Shown: positions 37,740 through 49,265 of the stretch, piece after piece | Position numbering within the stretch: position 1 is the first letter of the stretch | How the letters are laid out: each line of letters begins with the position of its first letter | Program-made: the position numbers and the translations under genes | Notes under the pieces: generated by a model | The model's input: only the letters and a program-made list of their open reading frames with translations | Told to the model about the DNA's origin: nothing | The model's database searches: none | DNA from: Hypanus sabinus | Lineage: Eukaryota | Assembly (NCBI RefSeq): GCF_030144855.1 | Contig: NC_082709.1 | Span: forward strand, 170,500,001-170,564,000 | Length of the DNA: 64,000 nt | Direction: 5' to 3'

Positions 37740-38040
37740 TTTTTTATTATTATTTATCCGTTTATTGAAATATAACACAGAATAGGCCCTTCCAGAAGTT
37801 CAACCTGTACCACCCAGCAATCCACTGATATAGTACTAACCTAATCATGGGACGATTTACAATGGCCAATTCATCTACCAACCGGTATGTCTTTGGACTG
37901 TGGGAGGAAACTGAAGCACCCGGAGGAAACCCACAGTCACAGGAAGAATGTACAAAATCCTTACATACAGTGGCAGGAATTCAACCCTCTTCTACTGTCC
38001 TGTAAAGCTTAGTGTTAACCACTACACTACCGTGCTGCCC
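37740..38040 (-). mobile_element. tRNA-derived SINE in the Ig1-Ig2 intron
   Basis: Reverse complement of the shared SINE head and core. Confidence 0.75.
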
Positions 38041-38122
38041 CTTAACTAGTCCTCCTTTTAATTATCTCTACTCAACAGACAACAACCTCAGATTCCAAAT
38101 CATTTAAAGCATTAGTACTGAC

Positions 38123-38437
38123 CCTGTACAAACAAAAATGCCTCTTTTTGTCCGTCAGTTTGGATGCTGCAGCTCACGGTCATGTTTTCTTCCATGCTCA
38201 CTGATGAGATGATAAGTTCTGAAGTAAAAGCAGTGTTAGTTGAATAATTCCGTTGCCCAAATTGAGGATCTGTTATAATTGGTCCTTCTTTTACAACAGT
38301 AAGGATGGGTATCGAGCCCATTAACCAGATGATAACACTCCACGGTTCTGAAACTGTGCAGTTGAACGCAGCATCAGCATGAAGCAAAGCATAGACATTT
38401 TTTGGACCTGCTATGATTTGAGTAGATAAACACACAC
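38123..38437 (-). CDS. IGSF5: IGSF5/JAM4-like Ig domain 1 exon (315 nt, phase 1-1)
   Basis: Acceptor gtttatcttttAG, donor G|GTCAGT. QIIAGPKNVYALLHADAAFNCTVSEPWSVIIW...PIITDPQF...FTSELIISSV...VSCSIQ resembles recalled IGSF5 domain 1 (GPQN...FNCTVS...PIIT...FTSEMII). Confidence 0.9.
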
Positions 38438-39268
38438 CTAAAAGATAAACAGTTGAGAGAGCATAAATGTAACATTGAGAAAAGTGGCTGTGAAATTCTT
38501 TAAGAAAGGAAAAAGTTGGCAATCAATGACCTCTTGGCTTTCAAGCCTGTAACAGTACAATTGCATGAATAAACTTCCCTCAACATCTGGATATCATACA
38601 ATAGAGACTTCAAAAGCAATGCGAATCTAACTAGTGCGTGCCTCCTGTGAAATGGTGCCGATGGCAGATGGATGATTGTCTACTTTTAATAAAATATAAA
38701 CTTTTGCTACTACTATTAGGTGATTTTTGAATCAGGCGGCCTGCAGATAATGAACACTGATCTGAACTGCACTGAAATGTGCTTTTTGTGTTTCATTTTC
38801 TGTGTTCTCAGTTTTTTTTTGTTGCAATTTTGAATGCATGTGGGAAGAAGGGGCGGTTGATGTTTAATGTTTTTCTTTGAACAGGTTAGTTCCATGGTAC
38901 TTTGTTTCGGGACTGTCTGTGGAGAAGACAAACTTCAGGGTTATATACTGCACACATACTTTAATAATGTACATTGAACTTGGACTTATTCAAATACAGA
39001 GGCTTGTAATTGGGCCTGTGGCCAAATTTTTGCTGTTGAGAGGTTTGCTGTTGAACCCTGAACCAATCCAAACCCACCACTCTCCTCAAAGGCAAGACTC
39101 ACACTTCCCATGATCCTCCTCTCTCATTCTCAGTGTTGCCAGAGAAGCTGATGATTTAGACTCCAAATCTTCATCTCTGACTGGATTACAGTGGCTTGCC
39201 TGTATGAATCCTCAGAGAACAATATCTGGGCCATGTATCAGGACAATAATCCTTGTGCCTGTCCTTAC

Positions 39269-39326
39269 CCCATTGAAAAAAAAGGCAAACAATCTGCCCA
39301 ATATTTGTGCACTTTCTTTCTGACAT
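39269..39326 (-). CDS. IGSF5: Candidate first coding (signal peptide) exon of IGSF5-like gene, MSERKCTNIGQIVCLFFQW
   Basis: Minus strand: acceptor cttttcAG at 39344-39343, in-frame TAA upstream, caaaATG with A at -3, 58 coding nt, then donor G|GTAAG. The phase-1 end matches the phase-1 acceptor of the Ig1 exon, giving a hydrophobic IVCLFFQWGVCLS. The frame depends on an 8-T run. Confidence 0.6.
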
Positions 39327-40324
39327 TTTGGATCCTTAGAGTCTGAAAAGCACCTGAAGAAATGGTGTCGCACAAATCAATTTAGGTCATTAGTTCTGTT
39401 GCAAGAGGGAAATTTGAACTTCATTTTTCTATTTAAACATAATGGCTTTGAATTTAAACAGAACTATAAAAAAATGGTGCATTCCAGTATGTAGAACATA
39501 AAGGAAATGATATCTCAATTATAAGCAAATAACAGGATTAGTGTTGTTGCACTTGATGGTAGGAGATATCCCGAAGAAAATATGGTTTACAACTTCCATG
39601 TCACTTTCAAGTCATCCCAAAGCACAGCCAGTGAAATACAAAGCAAACTGGATCAATGAAGGCAAAACTTACAGCAATCAATTTTTGCATAGCAAGCTCC
39701 AGCAAATGTTCTGATGATCTGATACAGTGATGTTTTTCGACCAGTTTTATTAGGTGTTCCTGGGTCAATAGGGTGGTGCAATAGGTGACTGGATGGAGAC
39801 ACCTTTATTGTGGGCTACACTAAACCACGTCCATCCCAATCCAGCTACTTCCTTTCATTGTCAATTCTGATCCTAATTCCTCTATCTGTCTACTTCTCCC
39901 ATGCCTGACCTACAGAGCTCAGATCTCTCTTCTGCCATGAAGTCCTCTCATTCATCCCCTCCTCCTTCAACACGCAGGTGTCCAACGCTTTCCTCCTAAT
40001 CTTGATTTCTGCACAAACCCAATTGAGCCTATGGTTGTCAAAACACCACTCTTTTCATTCAGGGGAGGGTGGGATCTATTTCACTACAGCTGTGTATTAT
40101 GAAAACTGATCTCTATAGACAGGATACTCACCTAATGAGAAGCTAAACAGTGCTAGATGTGTTGTAATCGCCACCATGGTGTACCAGGGATTTTACGTTA
40201 AATGTGATGCCTGAAATAAGAAACATATGGATTATTAAAATAATTATTGCAGTAACTTACAGTAATGCTCAATTAAATAATATTTCTGACTGGTGATATA
40301 ACTGAAAAAAAGCTGAAAAAATTT

Positions 40325-40550
40325 AGGCAGCAGGGTAGCATAATGGTTAGTGTAACCCAAGTACAGCGCCAATAACCAGGGTTCAATTCCCATTGTACGT
40401 TCTCCCCATGAGTGTGCACATTTGCTCCGGTGCTCCAGTTTCCTGTCACATTCAAAAGCCAAGGTTAGCTTGTCAGTTGGTCACATGGACGCAATGGGGC
40501 AGTGTGGGCTCGTTCAGCCAGAAGAACCTGTTGCCACGGTGGACCTCTAA
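40325..40550 (+). mobile_element. tRNA-derived SINE
   Basis: tagcataatggttag, GGTTCAATTCC, core, (ATAA)n end. Confidence 0.7.
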
Positions 40551-40566
40551 ATAAATAAATTCTCAC

Positions 40567-40670
40567 CAGAACTGTTTTGGGCATGTAAGAGCAAATGTTA
40601 ATCTGACAGGACAAATGACATTCCACAAACAGAGTGGGAGACACATAAGGAACAGTGGACACTAGTCTCC
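40567..40670 (-). other. Possible 5' UTR exon of the IGSF5-like gene
   Basis: Acceptor ctttctctgtctattttAG and donor CTG|GTGAGA in unique sequence between two SINEs. It has no ATG in frame with the gene. Confidence 0.3.
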
Positions 40671-40739
40671 CTAAAATAGACAGAGAAAGGGATTGATTCT
40701 GCTGCTCGTCCACACAGGCCGTAACAGGTGTGTGGAAAT

Positions 40740-40990
40740 TTATTTATTTAGCGATACAAGCCCTTCCAGCCTAACAAGCCATACCACCCAGCAACCCACC
40801 TATTTAGCCCTTGCCTAATTTCAGGATAATTTACAATAACCAATTAACTTACTAAGTGGTACGTCATTGGACTGTGGGAGGAAACCGGAGCACCCGGAGG
40901 AAAGCCATAGAGTGCAGCACAAACTCTTTACAGATGATGCCAGAATTGAACTCTGAACTCTGGAATATCCTGATCTGTACATCCAACATG
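40740..40990 (-). mobile_element. tRNA-derived SINE
   Basis: Reverse complement of the shared core (tgtgggaggaaaccggagcacccgg). Confidence 0.7.
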
Positions 40991-43900
40991 GTAGCTGACA
41001 GCACATAACATCACAATCAACGTAAATAAAACAGAAAGTAGTGGAAATGGTCAGCAGGTCAGGGAGTATTTAGACAACAGATATAATGATTTCTCTTGAA
41101 AACTGTCAGTTAGATCATCGGGTATAAAAGATGGGATGTCATGGTGCAGTTGTGCAAGATGTTGGTGAGACCACTCTTGGAGAATTGTGTTCGGTTTTTG
41201 TCACCATGCTGTAGGAAAGATGGAAAGTGTGCAGAAAAGATTTACATGGATGCTGCCAGGATGGAGTTAGACGGAGAGGTTGGACAGGGTTATACCCTGG
41301 AGTGTAGGAGACTGAGAGGTAATCATGAGAGGCAGTTAATTTAATTTGCTGGCCCGCAATGAGTGGCATAATCCTGCTACCCTTCTTGAATAAAAGTATC
41401 TAATTTGGTGTCCTACAGGCATCTCGTTCCTCACCGTGGCCGTCAAGATTTAAATTACCCTAAATTCTAAGCCTCAAACTCTGAACTCGATGACTTGCAC
41501 ACTGGGGGTGTCACCTGCTCTCATGACTCCTACTCACAGAGATATCCAATCCCAGGACCTATGGACCCAGAAGGATTTGCTGACCTAGTGGGCCACCAAC
41601 CTCTCCCTCACTGGTCTTTGTGTAGTGTAAATGGGTATTTAAATACTTTGTCATATCATGAGGGGTATTTAATATCATTTAAATTATGAGGGACTTTCAG
41701 AACATGAATTCTTCAACCGCTCTTCAAAAGTTTGAACAGGGCATAACTGCACAAGCGCATGGAGGTGGGCCAGTGAGAACAGCGGGAAGAGTTTAAAAAG
41801 AAGACAGCTTTACAGAGCGGGCTTCAGAGCACCAGGCATTCGAGTAGAAGCAGACAGAGTAGGAAGGCTTTGGCTCAACGGGGCTTCGGCAATAATGGGT
41901 CGAGGCAAGGTAGGTTATCTGCTTAGAAATCAGACAGAAAGTATGTGTGTGAGGCTGGTTTTCTGTGCTCAGTGTCAGATGTGGAAAGACCGGGAGACTC
42001 CCAGCCTCCCAGACGGCCACATCTAGACCAGGTGTGTCGAGCTGCAGCTCCTTAGGGACCGGGTTAGGGAACTGGAGATGCAGCTTGACAACCTTCGTCT
42101 GGTCAGGGAGAGTGAGGAGGTGATAGAGAGGAACTATAGACAGTTGGTCACACCGGGGCCTGGGGAGAAGTGGGTAACAGTCAGAAGAGGGAAGGGCAAG
42201 AAGCAGGTACTAGAGAGCACCCCTGTAGCTGTACCCCTTGACAATAAGTACTCCTGCTTGAGTCCTGTTGGGAGGAACAGCCTACCTGGGGGAAGCAACA
42301 TTGGCCATGCCTCTGGCACAGAGTCTAGCCCTGTGGCTCAGAAGAGTAGGGAAATGAAGAGGATGGCAGCAGTATAGGGGACTCTATAGTTATGGGGTCA
42401 GACAGGTGATTCTGTGGATGCAGGAAAGAAACACGGATGGTAGTTTGCCTCTCAGGTGCGATGTTTCTGATCGCATCCACGATATCTTGAATTGGGAAGG
42501 AGAACTACCAGAGGTCATGGTACATATTGGTACCAACAACATAGGCAGGAAAAGGGAGGGGGTCCTGAAAGCAGACTACAGGGAGTTAGGAAGGAAGTTG
42601 AGAAGCAGGACCTCAAAGGTAGTAATCTCAAGATTACTGCCTGTGCCACATGACAGTGTGTATAGGAATAGAATGAGGTGGAGGATAAATGCGTGGCTGA
42701 GGGATTGGAGCATGGGGCAGGGATTCAGATTTCTGGATCACTGGGTTCTCTTTTGGGGCACTTGTGACCTGTACAAAAAGGACAGGTTGCACTTGAAACC
42801 CAGGGGACTCATATCCTGGCGGGGAGGTTTGCTAAGGCTATTGGGGAGAGTTTAAACCAAAATTGCTGGGGGGGGTGGGAACCAAACTGAAATGACAGAG
42901 GAAAGGGAGTTTGGCTCACAAAAAGAGGAAGCTTGGAGACAGTGTGAAAGGGAGGATAGGCAGGTGATAGAGAAGGGACGCACTCGACCAATGGTTTGAG
43001 ATGTGTCTTTTTTAATGCGAGGAGTATTATGAATAAAGTGAATGAGATTAGAGCGTGGATCAACATTCGGAGCTATCATGTTGTGGCCATTACAGAGACT
43101 TGGATGGTGCAGGGGCAGGAATGGTTACTTCGAGTGTCAGACTTTAGATGTTTCGGAAAGAACAGGGAGGGAGGCAAAAGAGGTGGGGGCATGGTGCTGC
43201 TGATCAGAGATAGTGTCACGGCTGCAGAAAAGGAGGAAGTCATGGAGGGATTGTCTACAGAGTCTCTGTGGGTGGAAGTTAGTAACAGGAAAGGGTCAAT
43301 AACTCTACTGGGTGTTTTTTATAGACCACCCAATAGTAACAGGGACATTGAGAGGCAGATAGGGAGACAGATTCTGGAAAGGAGTAATAATAATAGGGTT
43401 GTTGTGGTAGGAGATTTTAATTTCCCAAATATCGATTGACATGTCCTTAGAGTGAGTTTAGATGGGGTGGAGTTTGCTAGGTGTGTTCAGGAAATTTTCT
43501 TGACACAATATGTAGAGAAGCCTACAAGAGGAGAGGCTGTACTTGATTTGGTATTTGGAAATGAACCTGGTCAGGTGTCAGGTCTCTCAGTGGGAGAGCA
43601 TTTTGGAGATAGTGATCACAATTCTATCTCCTTTACCATAGCATTAGAGAAAGATAGGAACAGACAAGTTAGGAAAGTGTTTAATTGGAGTAAGGGGAAA
43701 TATAAGGCTACCAGGCAGGAACTTGTTAGTATAAATTGGAAACAGATGGAAACGTACTGAAGTAATGTGGCAAATATTCAGGGGATATTTGCGTGGGGTT
43801 CTGTGTAGATACATTCCAATGAGACAAGGAAAGCATGGTAGAGTACAGGAACTGTGGTGTACAAAGGCTTTTGTCAATCTAGTCAAAAGGAAAAGAACTT

Positions 43901-44029
43901 ATGAGTTTCAAAAAACTAGGTAATAATAGAGAACTAGAAGATTATAAGGCTCGCAGGAAGGAGGTTAGGAATGAAATTAGAAGAACCAGAAGGGGCCATG
44001 AGAAGGTCTTGGTGGACAGAATTAAGGAA

Positions 44030-46840
44030 CTGAGGAATGTTAAAGGTGTAGTAACACTTATAGGGGTGTATTATAGATCACCTAATGGGGAGTGAGAATT
44101 GGAGGAGCAAATTTGCAAGGAGATAGCAGATATTTGTAGTAAGCACAGGGTTGTGATTGTGGGAGATTTTAATTTTCCACACATAGACTTGGAAGCCCAT
44201 ACTGTAAAAGGGATGGATGGTTTGGAGTTTGTAAAATGTGTGCAGGATAGTTTTTTGCAGCAACACATAGAAGTACTAACTAGAGAAGGGGCAGTGTTGG
44301 ATCTTCTGTTAGGGAATGAAATAGGTCAGGTGACAGAGGTATGTGTTGGGGAGCACATCGGGTCCAGTGATCACAATACCATTAGTTTCAATATAATTAA
44401 GGAGAAGGATAGGACTGGACCCAGGGTTGAGATTTTTGATTGGAGAAAGGCTAACTTTGAGGAGATGGGAAAGGATTTAGAAGTGGATTGGGACAATTTG
44501 TTTTATGGGATGGATGTAATAGAGAAATGGCAGTCATTTAAAGGTGAAATTTTGAGGGTACAGAATCTTTATGTTCCTGTTAGGTTGAAAGGAAAGGTTA
44601 AAAGTTTCAGAGAGCCATGGTTTTCAAGGGATATTGGGAACTTGGTTAGGAAAAAGAGAGACGTCTACAATAAATATAGACAGCATGGAGTAAATGAGAT
44701 GCTCGAGGAATATAAAGAATGTGAGAAGAATCTTGTGAAAGAAATTAGAGAAGCTAAAAGAAGATACGAGGTTGCTTTGGCAAGCAAGGGGAAGATAAAT
44801 CCAAAGGGTTTCTACAGTTATATTAATAGCAAAAGGATAGTGAGGGATAAAATTGGTCCCTTAGAGAATCAGAATGGACAGCTATGTGTGGAGCTGAAAG
44901 AGATGGGGGAGATTTTGAACTATTTCTTTTCTTCAGTATTCACTAAGGAGAAGGATATTGAATTGTGTAAGATATGAGAAACAAGTAGGGAAGTTATGGA
45001 AACTATAACAATTAAAGAGGAGGAAGTACTGGCGCTTTTATGGAATATAAAAGTGGATAAAACTCCAGGTCCTGACAAGATATTCCCTAGGACCTTGAGG
45101 GAGGTTAGCGTAGAAATAGAAGGGGCTCTGACAGAAATATTTCAAATGTCATTAGAAACAGGGATGGTGCCGGAGGATTGGCGTATTGCTCATGTGGTTC
45201 CATTGTTTAAAAAGGGTTCTAAGAGTAAACCTAGCAATTATAGGTCTGTCAGTTTGACGTCAGTGGTGGTTAAATTAATGGAAAGTATTCTTAGAGATGG
45301 TATATATAATTATCTGGATAGACAGGGTCTGATTAGGAACAATCAACATGGATTTGTGCGTGGAAGATCATGTTTGACAAATCTTATTGAATTTTTTGAA
45401 GAGGTTACGAGGAAAGTTGATGGGGTAAAGTAGTGGATGTTGTCTATATGGACTTCAGTAAGGCCTTTGACAAGGTTCTGCACGGAAGGTTCAATCGTTA
45501 GATAATATTGAAGTAGTAAAATGGATTCAACAGTGGCTGGGTGGGAGATGCCGGAGAGTAGTGGTGGATAACTGTTTGTCAGGTTGGAGGCCGGTGACTA
45601 GTGGTGTGCCTCAGGGATCTGTACTGGGTCCAATGTTGTTTGTCATATACATTAATGATCTGGATGACGGGGTAGTAAATTGGATTAGTAAGTATGCAGA
45701 TGATACTAAGGTAGGTGGCATTGTGGATAATGAAGTAGGTTTTCAAAGTTTGCAGAGAGATTTAGGTCAGTTAGAAGAGTGGGCTGAACGATGGCAGATG
45801 GAGTTTAATGCTGATAAGTGTGAGGTGCTACATTTTGGTAGGAATAATCCTAATAGAACATCCATGGTAAATGGTAGGGCATTGAAGAATGCAGTAGAAT
45901 AGAGTGATCTAGGAATAATGGTGCATAATTCCTTGAAGGTGGAATCTCATGTGGATAGAGTGGTGAAGAAAGCTTTTGGTAGGTCGGCCTTTATAAATCA
46001 GAGCATTGAGTATAGGACAAATACGAAGAAATCTGCAGATGCTGGAAATTCAAGCAACACACACAAAATGCTGGTAGAACGCAGCAGGCCAGGCAGCATC
46101 TATAGGGAGAAGCAATGTCGACGTATCGGGCCGAGACCCTTTGCCCTGACCCGAAACGTCGACATTGCTTCTCCCTATAAATGCTGCCTGGCCTGCTGCA
46201 TTCCACCAGCATTTTGTGTGTGTTCATTGAGTATAGGAGTTGGGATGTAATGTTAAAATTGTACAAGGCATTGGTAAGGCCAAATTTGGAGCATTGTGTA
46301 CAGTTCTGGTCTCCGAATTATAGGAAGGATGTCAACAAAGTAGAGAGAGTACAGAGAAGATTTACTAGAATGTTACCTAGGTTTCAGCACCTAAGTTACA
46401 GGGAAAGATTGAACAAGTTAGGTCTTTACTCTTTGGAGCGTAGAAGGTTGAGCGGGGACTTGATAGAGGTATTTAAAATTATGAGAGGGATAGATAGAGT
46501 TGACGTGGATAGGCTTTTTCCATTGAGAGTAGGGGAGATTCAAACAAGGGGACGTGAGTTGAGAGTTAGGGGGCAAAAGTTTAAGGGTAACACAAGGGGG
46601 AATTTCTTTACTCAGAGAGTGGTAGCTGTGTGGAATGAGCTTCCAGTAGAAGTGGTAGAGGCAGGTTCGGTATTGTCATTTAAAGAAAATTGGATAGGTA
46701 TATGGACAGGAAAGGAATGGAGGGTTATGGGCTGAGTGCGGGTCAGTGGGATTAGATGAGAGTATGCGATCAGCACAGACTAGAAGGGCCGAGATGGCCT
46801 GTTTCCATGCTGTAATTGTTATACGGTTACATGGTTATAT
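44030..46840 (+). mobile_element. Nested younger CR1 (5'-truncated within the endonuclease domain)
   Basis: Second GDFNFP, long ORF blocks (292, 145, 113, 184 aa), KYADDTK, own (ATATGGTT)-type tail. Confidence 0.9.
46018..46224. mobile_element. 207-bp Penelope-derived hairpin element with 14-bp TSD
   Basis: 75-bp inverted arms 46056-46130 and 46150-46224 with 4 mismatches; TSD cattgagtatagga at 46004-46017 and 46225-46238. Confidence 0.85.
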
Positions 46841-48379
46841 AATAAAACCCCAAGGCATTCTACAAGTATGTGAAGAGCAAGCGGATAAGACATGAGAGAA
46901 TAGGACCAATCAAGTGTGACAGTAGAAAAGTGTGTATGGAACCGAAGGAGATGGCAGAGATACTTAATGAATACTTTGCTTCAGGATTCACGAAGGAAAA
47001 GGATTTTGGCGATTGTAGGGATGACTTGCAATGGACTGAAAAGCTTGAGCATGTAGATATTAAAGAAGATGTGCTGGAGCTTTCGGAAAGCATCAAATTG
47101 GATAAGTCACCGGGACTGAACGGGATGTACCCCAGGTTACTGTGGGAAGCGAGGGAGGAGATTGCTGAGCCTCTGGCATCAACAATGCATCAACAATGAA
47201 GACAGGAGAGGTTCCGGAGAATTGAAGGGTTGCAGATGTTATTCCCTTGTTCAAGAAAGGGAGTAGAGATAGCCCAGGAAATTATAGGCCAGTGGGTCTT
47301 ACTTCAGTGGTTGGTAAGTTGATGGAGAAGACCCTGAGAGGCAGGATTTATGAACATTTGGAGAGGTATAATATGATTAGGAATAGTCAGCATGGCTTTA
47401 TCAAAGCCAGGTTGTGCCTTATGAGCCTGACTGAATTTTTTGAGGATGTGACTAAATACATTGATGAAGGTAGAGCAGTGGATGTAATGTATATGGATTT
47501 CAGCAAGGCATTTGATAAGGTACCCCATGCAAGGCTTACTGAGAAAGTAAAGAGGCATGGGATCCAAGGGAACATTGCTTTGTCGATCTAGAACTGGCTT
47601 GCCCACAGAAGGCAAATAGTGGTTGTAGACGGGTCATATTCTGCATGGAGGCGGGTGACCAGTGGTGTGCCTCAGGGATCTGTACTGTGACTGCCTACTC
47701 TTTGTGATTTTTATAAATGAACTGGATGAGGATGTGGAGGAAAGGGTTAGTAAATTTGCTGATGACACAAAGGTTGGGGGTGCTGCGGTTAGTGTGGAGG
47801 GCTGTCAGATGATAGGATGCAAAACTGGGCTGAATAGTGGCAGATAGAGTTCAACCCAGGTAAGTGTGAGGTGGTTCACTTTGGTAGGTCAAATATGATA
47901 GCAGAATATAATATTAATGGCAAGACTCTTGGCAGAGCGGAGGACCAGGGGGATCTTGGGGTCCAAGCCCACAGGACGCTCAAAGCAGCTGTGTAGGTTG
48001 ACTCTGTGGTTAAGAAGGCATACAGTCCATTGGCCTTCATCAGTCATGGGATTGAGTTTAAGAAGCCAAGGGGTAATGGTGCAGCTATATAGGACCCTGG
48101 TCAGATCCCGTGTGGAGTACTGTGCTCAATTCTGGTCGCCTCACTACAGGAAGGACGTGGAAACCATAGAATAGGTGCAGAGGAGATTTACAAGGATGAT
48201 TCCTGGATTGGGGAGCATACCTTATGAGAATATGTTGCGTGAACTTGGCCTTTTCTCCTTGGAGCAACAGAGGATGAGAGATGATCTGATAGAGGTGTAT
48301 AAGATGATGAGAGGCAATGATCATCTGAATAGTCAGAGGCTTTTCCCCAGGGCTGAAATGGCTAGCACAAGAGGGTACA

Positions 48380-49265
48380 CCAGTTACGTTCAGCCTGGAA
48401 CCCTTGTCAAAGAGAAATTCATCCTCCATAAGTCCCTCAGAATTTAAATAACATTTATGACAGGTCTCACCAATGTAAAGGAGGTCACATCAGTAGCTCC
48501 AGACACAATAGATGATCCTAGGAGATTCACTGGTGAAGTGTAGTCTCACCTGGAAGGATGGTTTGGAGCCCTGAAGAGAGGCAAGGGAGGAGGTGAACGG
48601 GCAGTTGTAGCATTTAGGCTGCTTTCAGGAGGAAGTGCCGGGAGGGATGAATGGACAAGCAGATCATGGAGGGAGCATTCCCTATGGAAAGTAGAAGCAG
48701 GGGAAGCAAAGGTACGTTTAGTTCTAGGATCCCTTTGGAGATGGTGGAAGATGCGGAGGATGATTTGTGGAGGTGGAGGACTCAAGGACAAGGCAATAGC
48801 AAGATGGGGTGAACATGGATGTTGGGGAAATGGAGGAGATGCAGGTGAGCTGGCATCAATACAAGATGGAGGGAAGTGCCGTACTTTGAAGAAGGAGGAC
48901 ATCTCTGATGTCCTAGAAGGAAAGGCCACATCCTGGGAACAGATGTGGCAGAGGCAAAGGAACTGAGAAAAGGGAGTAGCATTTTTATAAGAGACAGGGT
49001 GGGAAGAGGTAGAGTCAAGATAACTGTGGGAATCAGCAGGTTTATAAAAGACATTGGTTGACAGTTTGTCTCCAGGGATGAAGACAGAGATCAAGAAAGG
49101 GGAAGGAGGTGTCAGAAATGGACCAAGTGAATTTAAGGGCAGGATGGAAGTTGGGGGCAAAGTTGATGAAATTGCTGAGCTCAACATGGGTGCATGAAGC
49201 AGCACCAATGCAGTCATCAATGTAGCACAGGAAGAGTTGGGGAGCAATACTGGGGACTGTTCCAT
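48380..49265 (-). mobile_element. Penelope-like element RT/GIY-YIG fragment
   Basis: YIDD...FHPALKFTWSISDTSFPFLDL; downstream IYC...LLYIGET remnant near 48460-48520. Confidence 0.85.

Larger units (their letters stand above)
41740..48375 (+). mobile_element. Near full-length CR1 (5' UTR, ORF1, ORF2), decayed and interrupted
   Basis: ORF1 zinc finger, coiled coil and GDS...HIGTNN esterase remnant; ORF2 APE (FNARS...ITETW...YRPP...GDFNFP); RT resumes at about 46840. Confidence 0.92.

Noticed and set aside
39315-39326. MSER start resembling PCP4 (MSERQ)
   Set aside because: There is no donor after MSE and no PCP4 IQ-motif exon in the window; coincidence.
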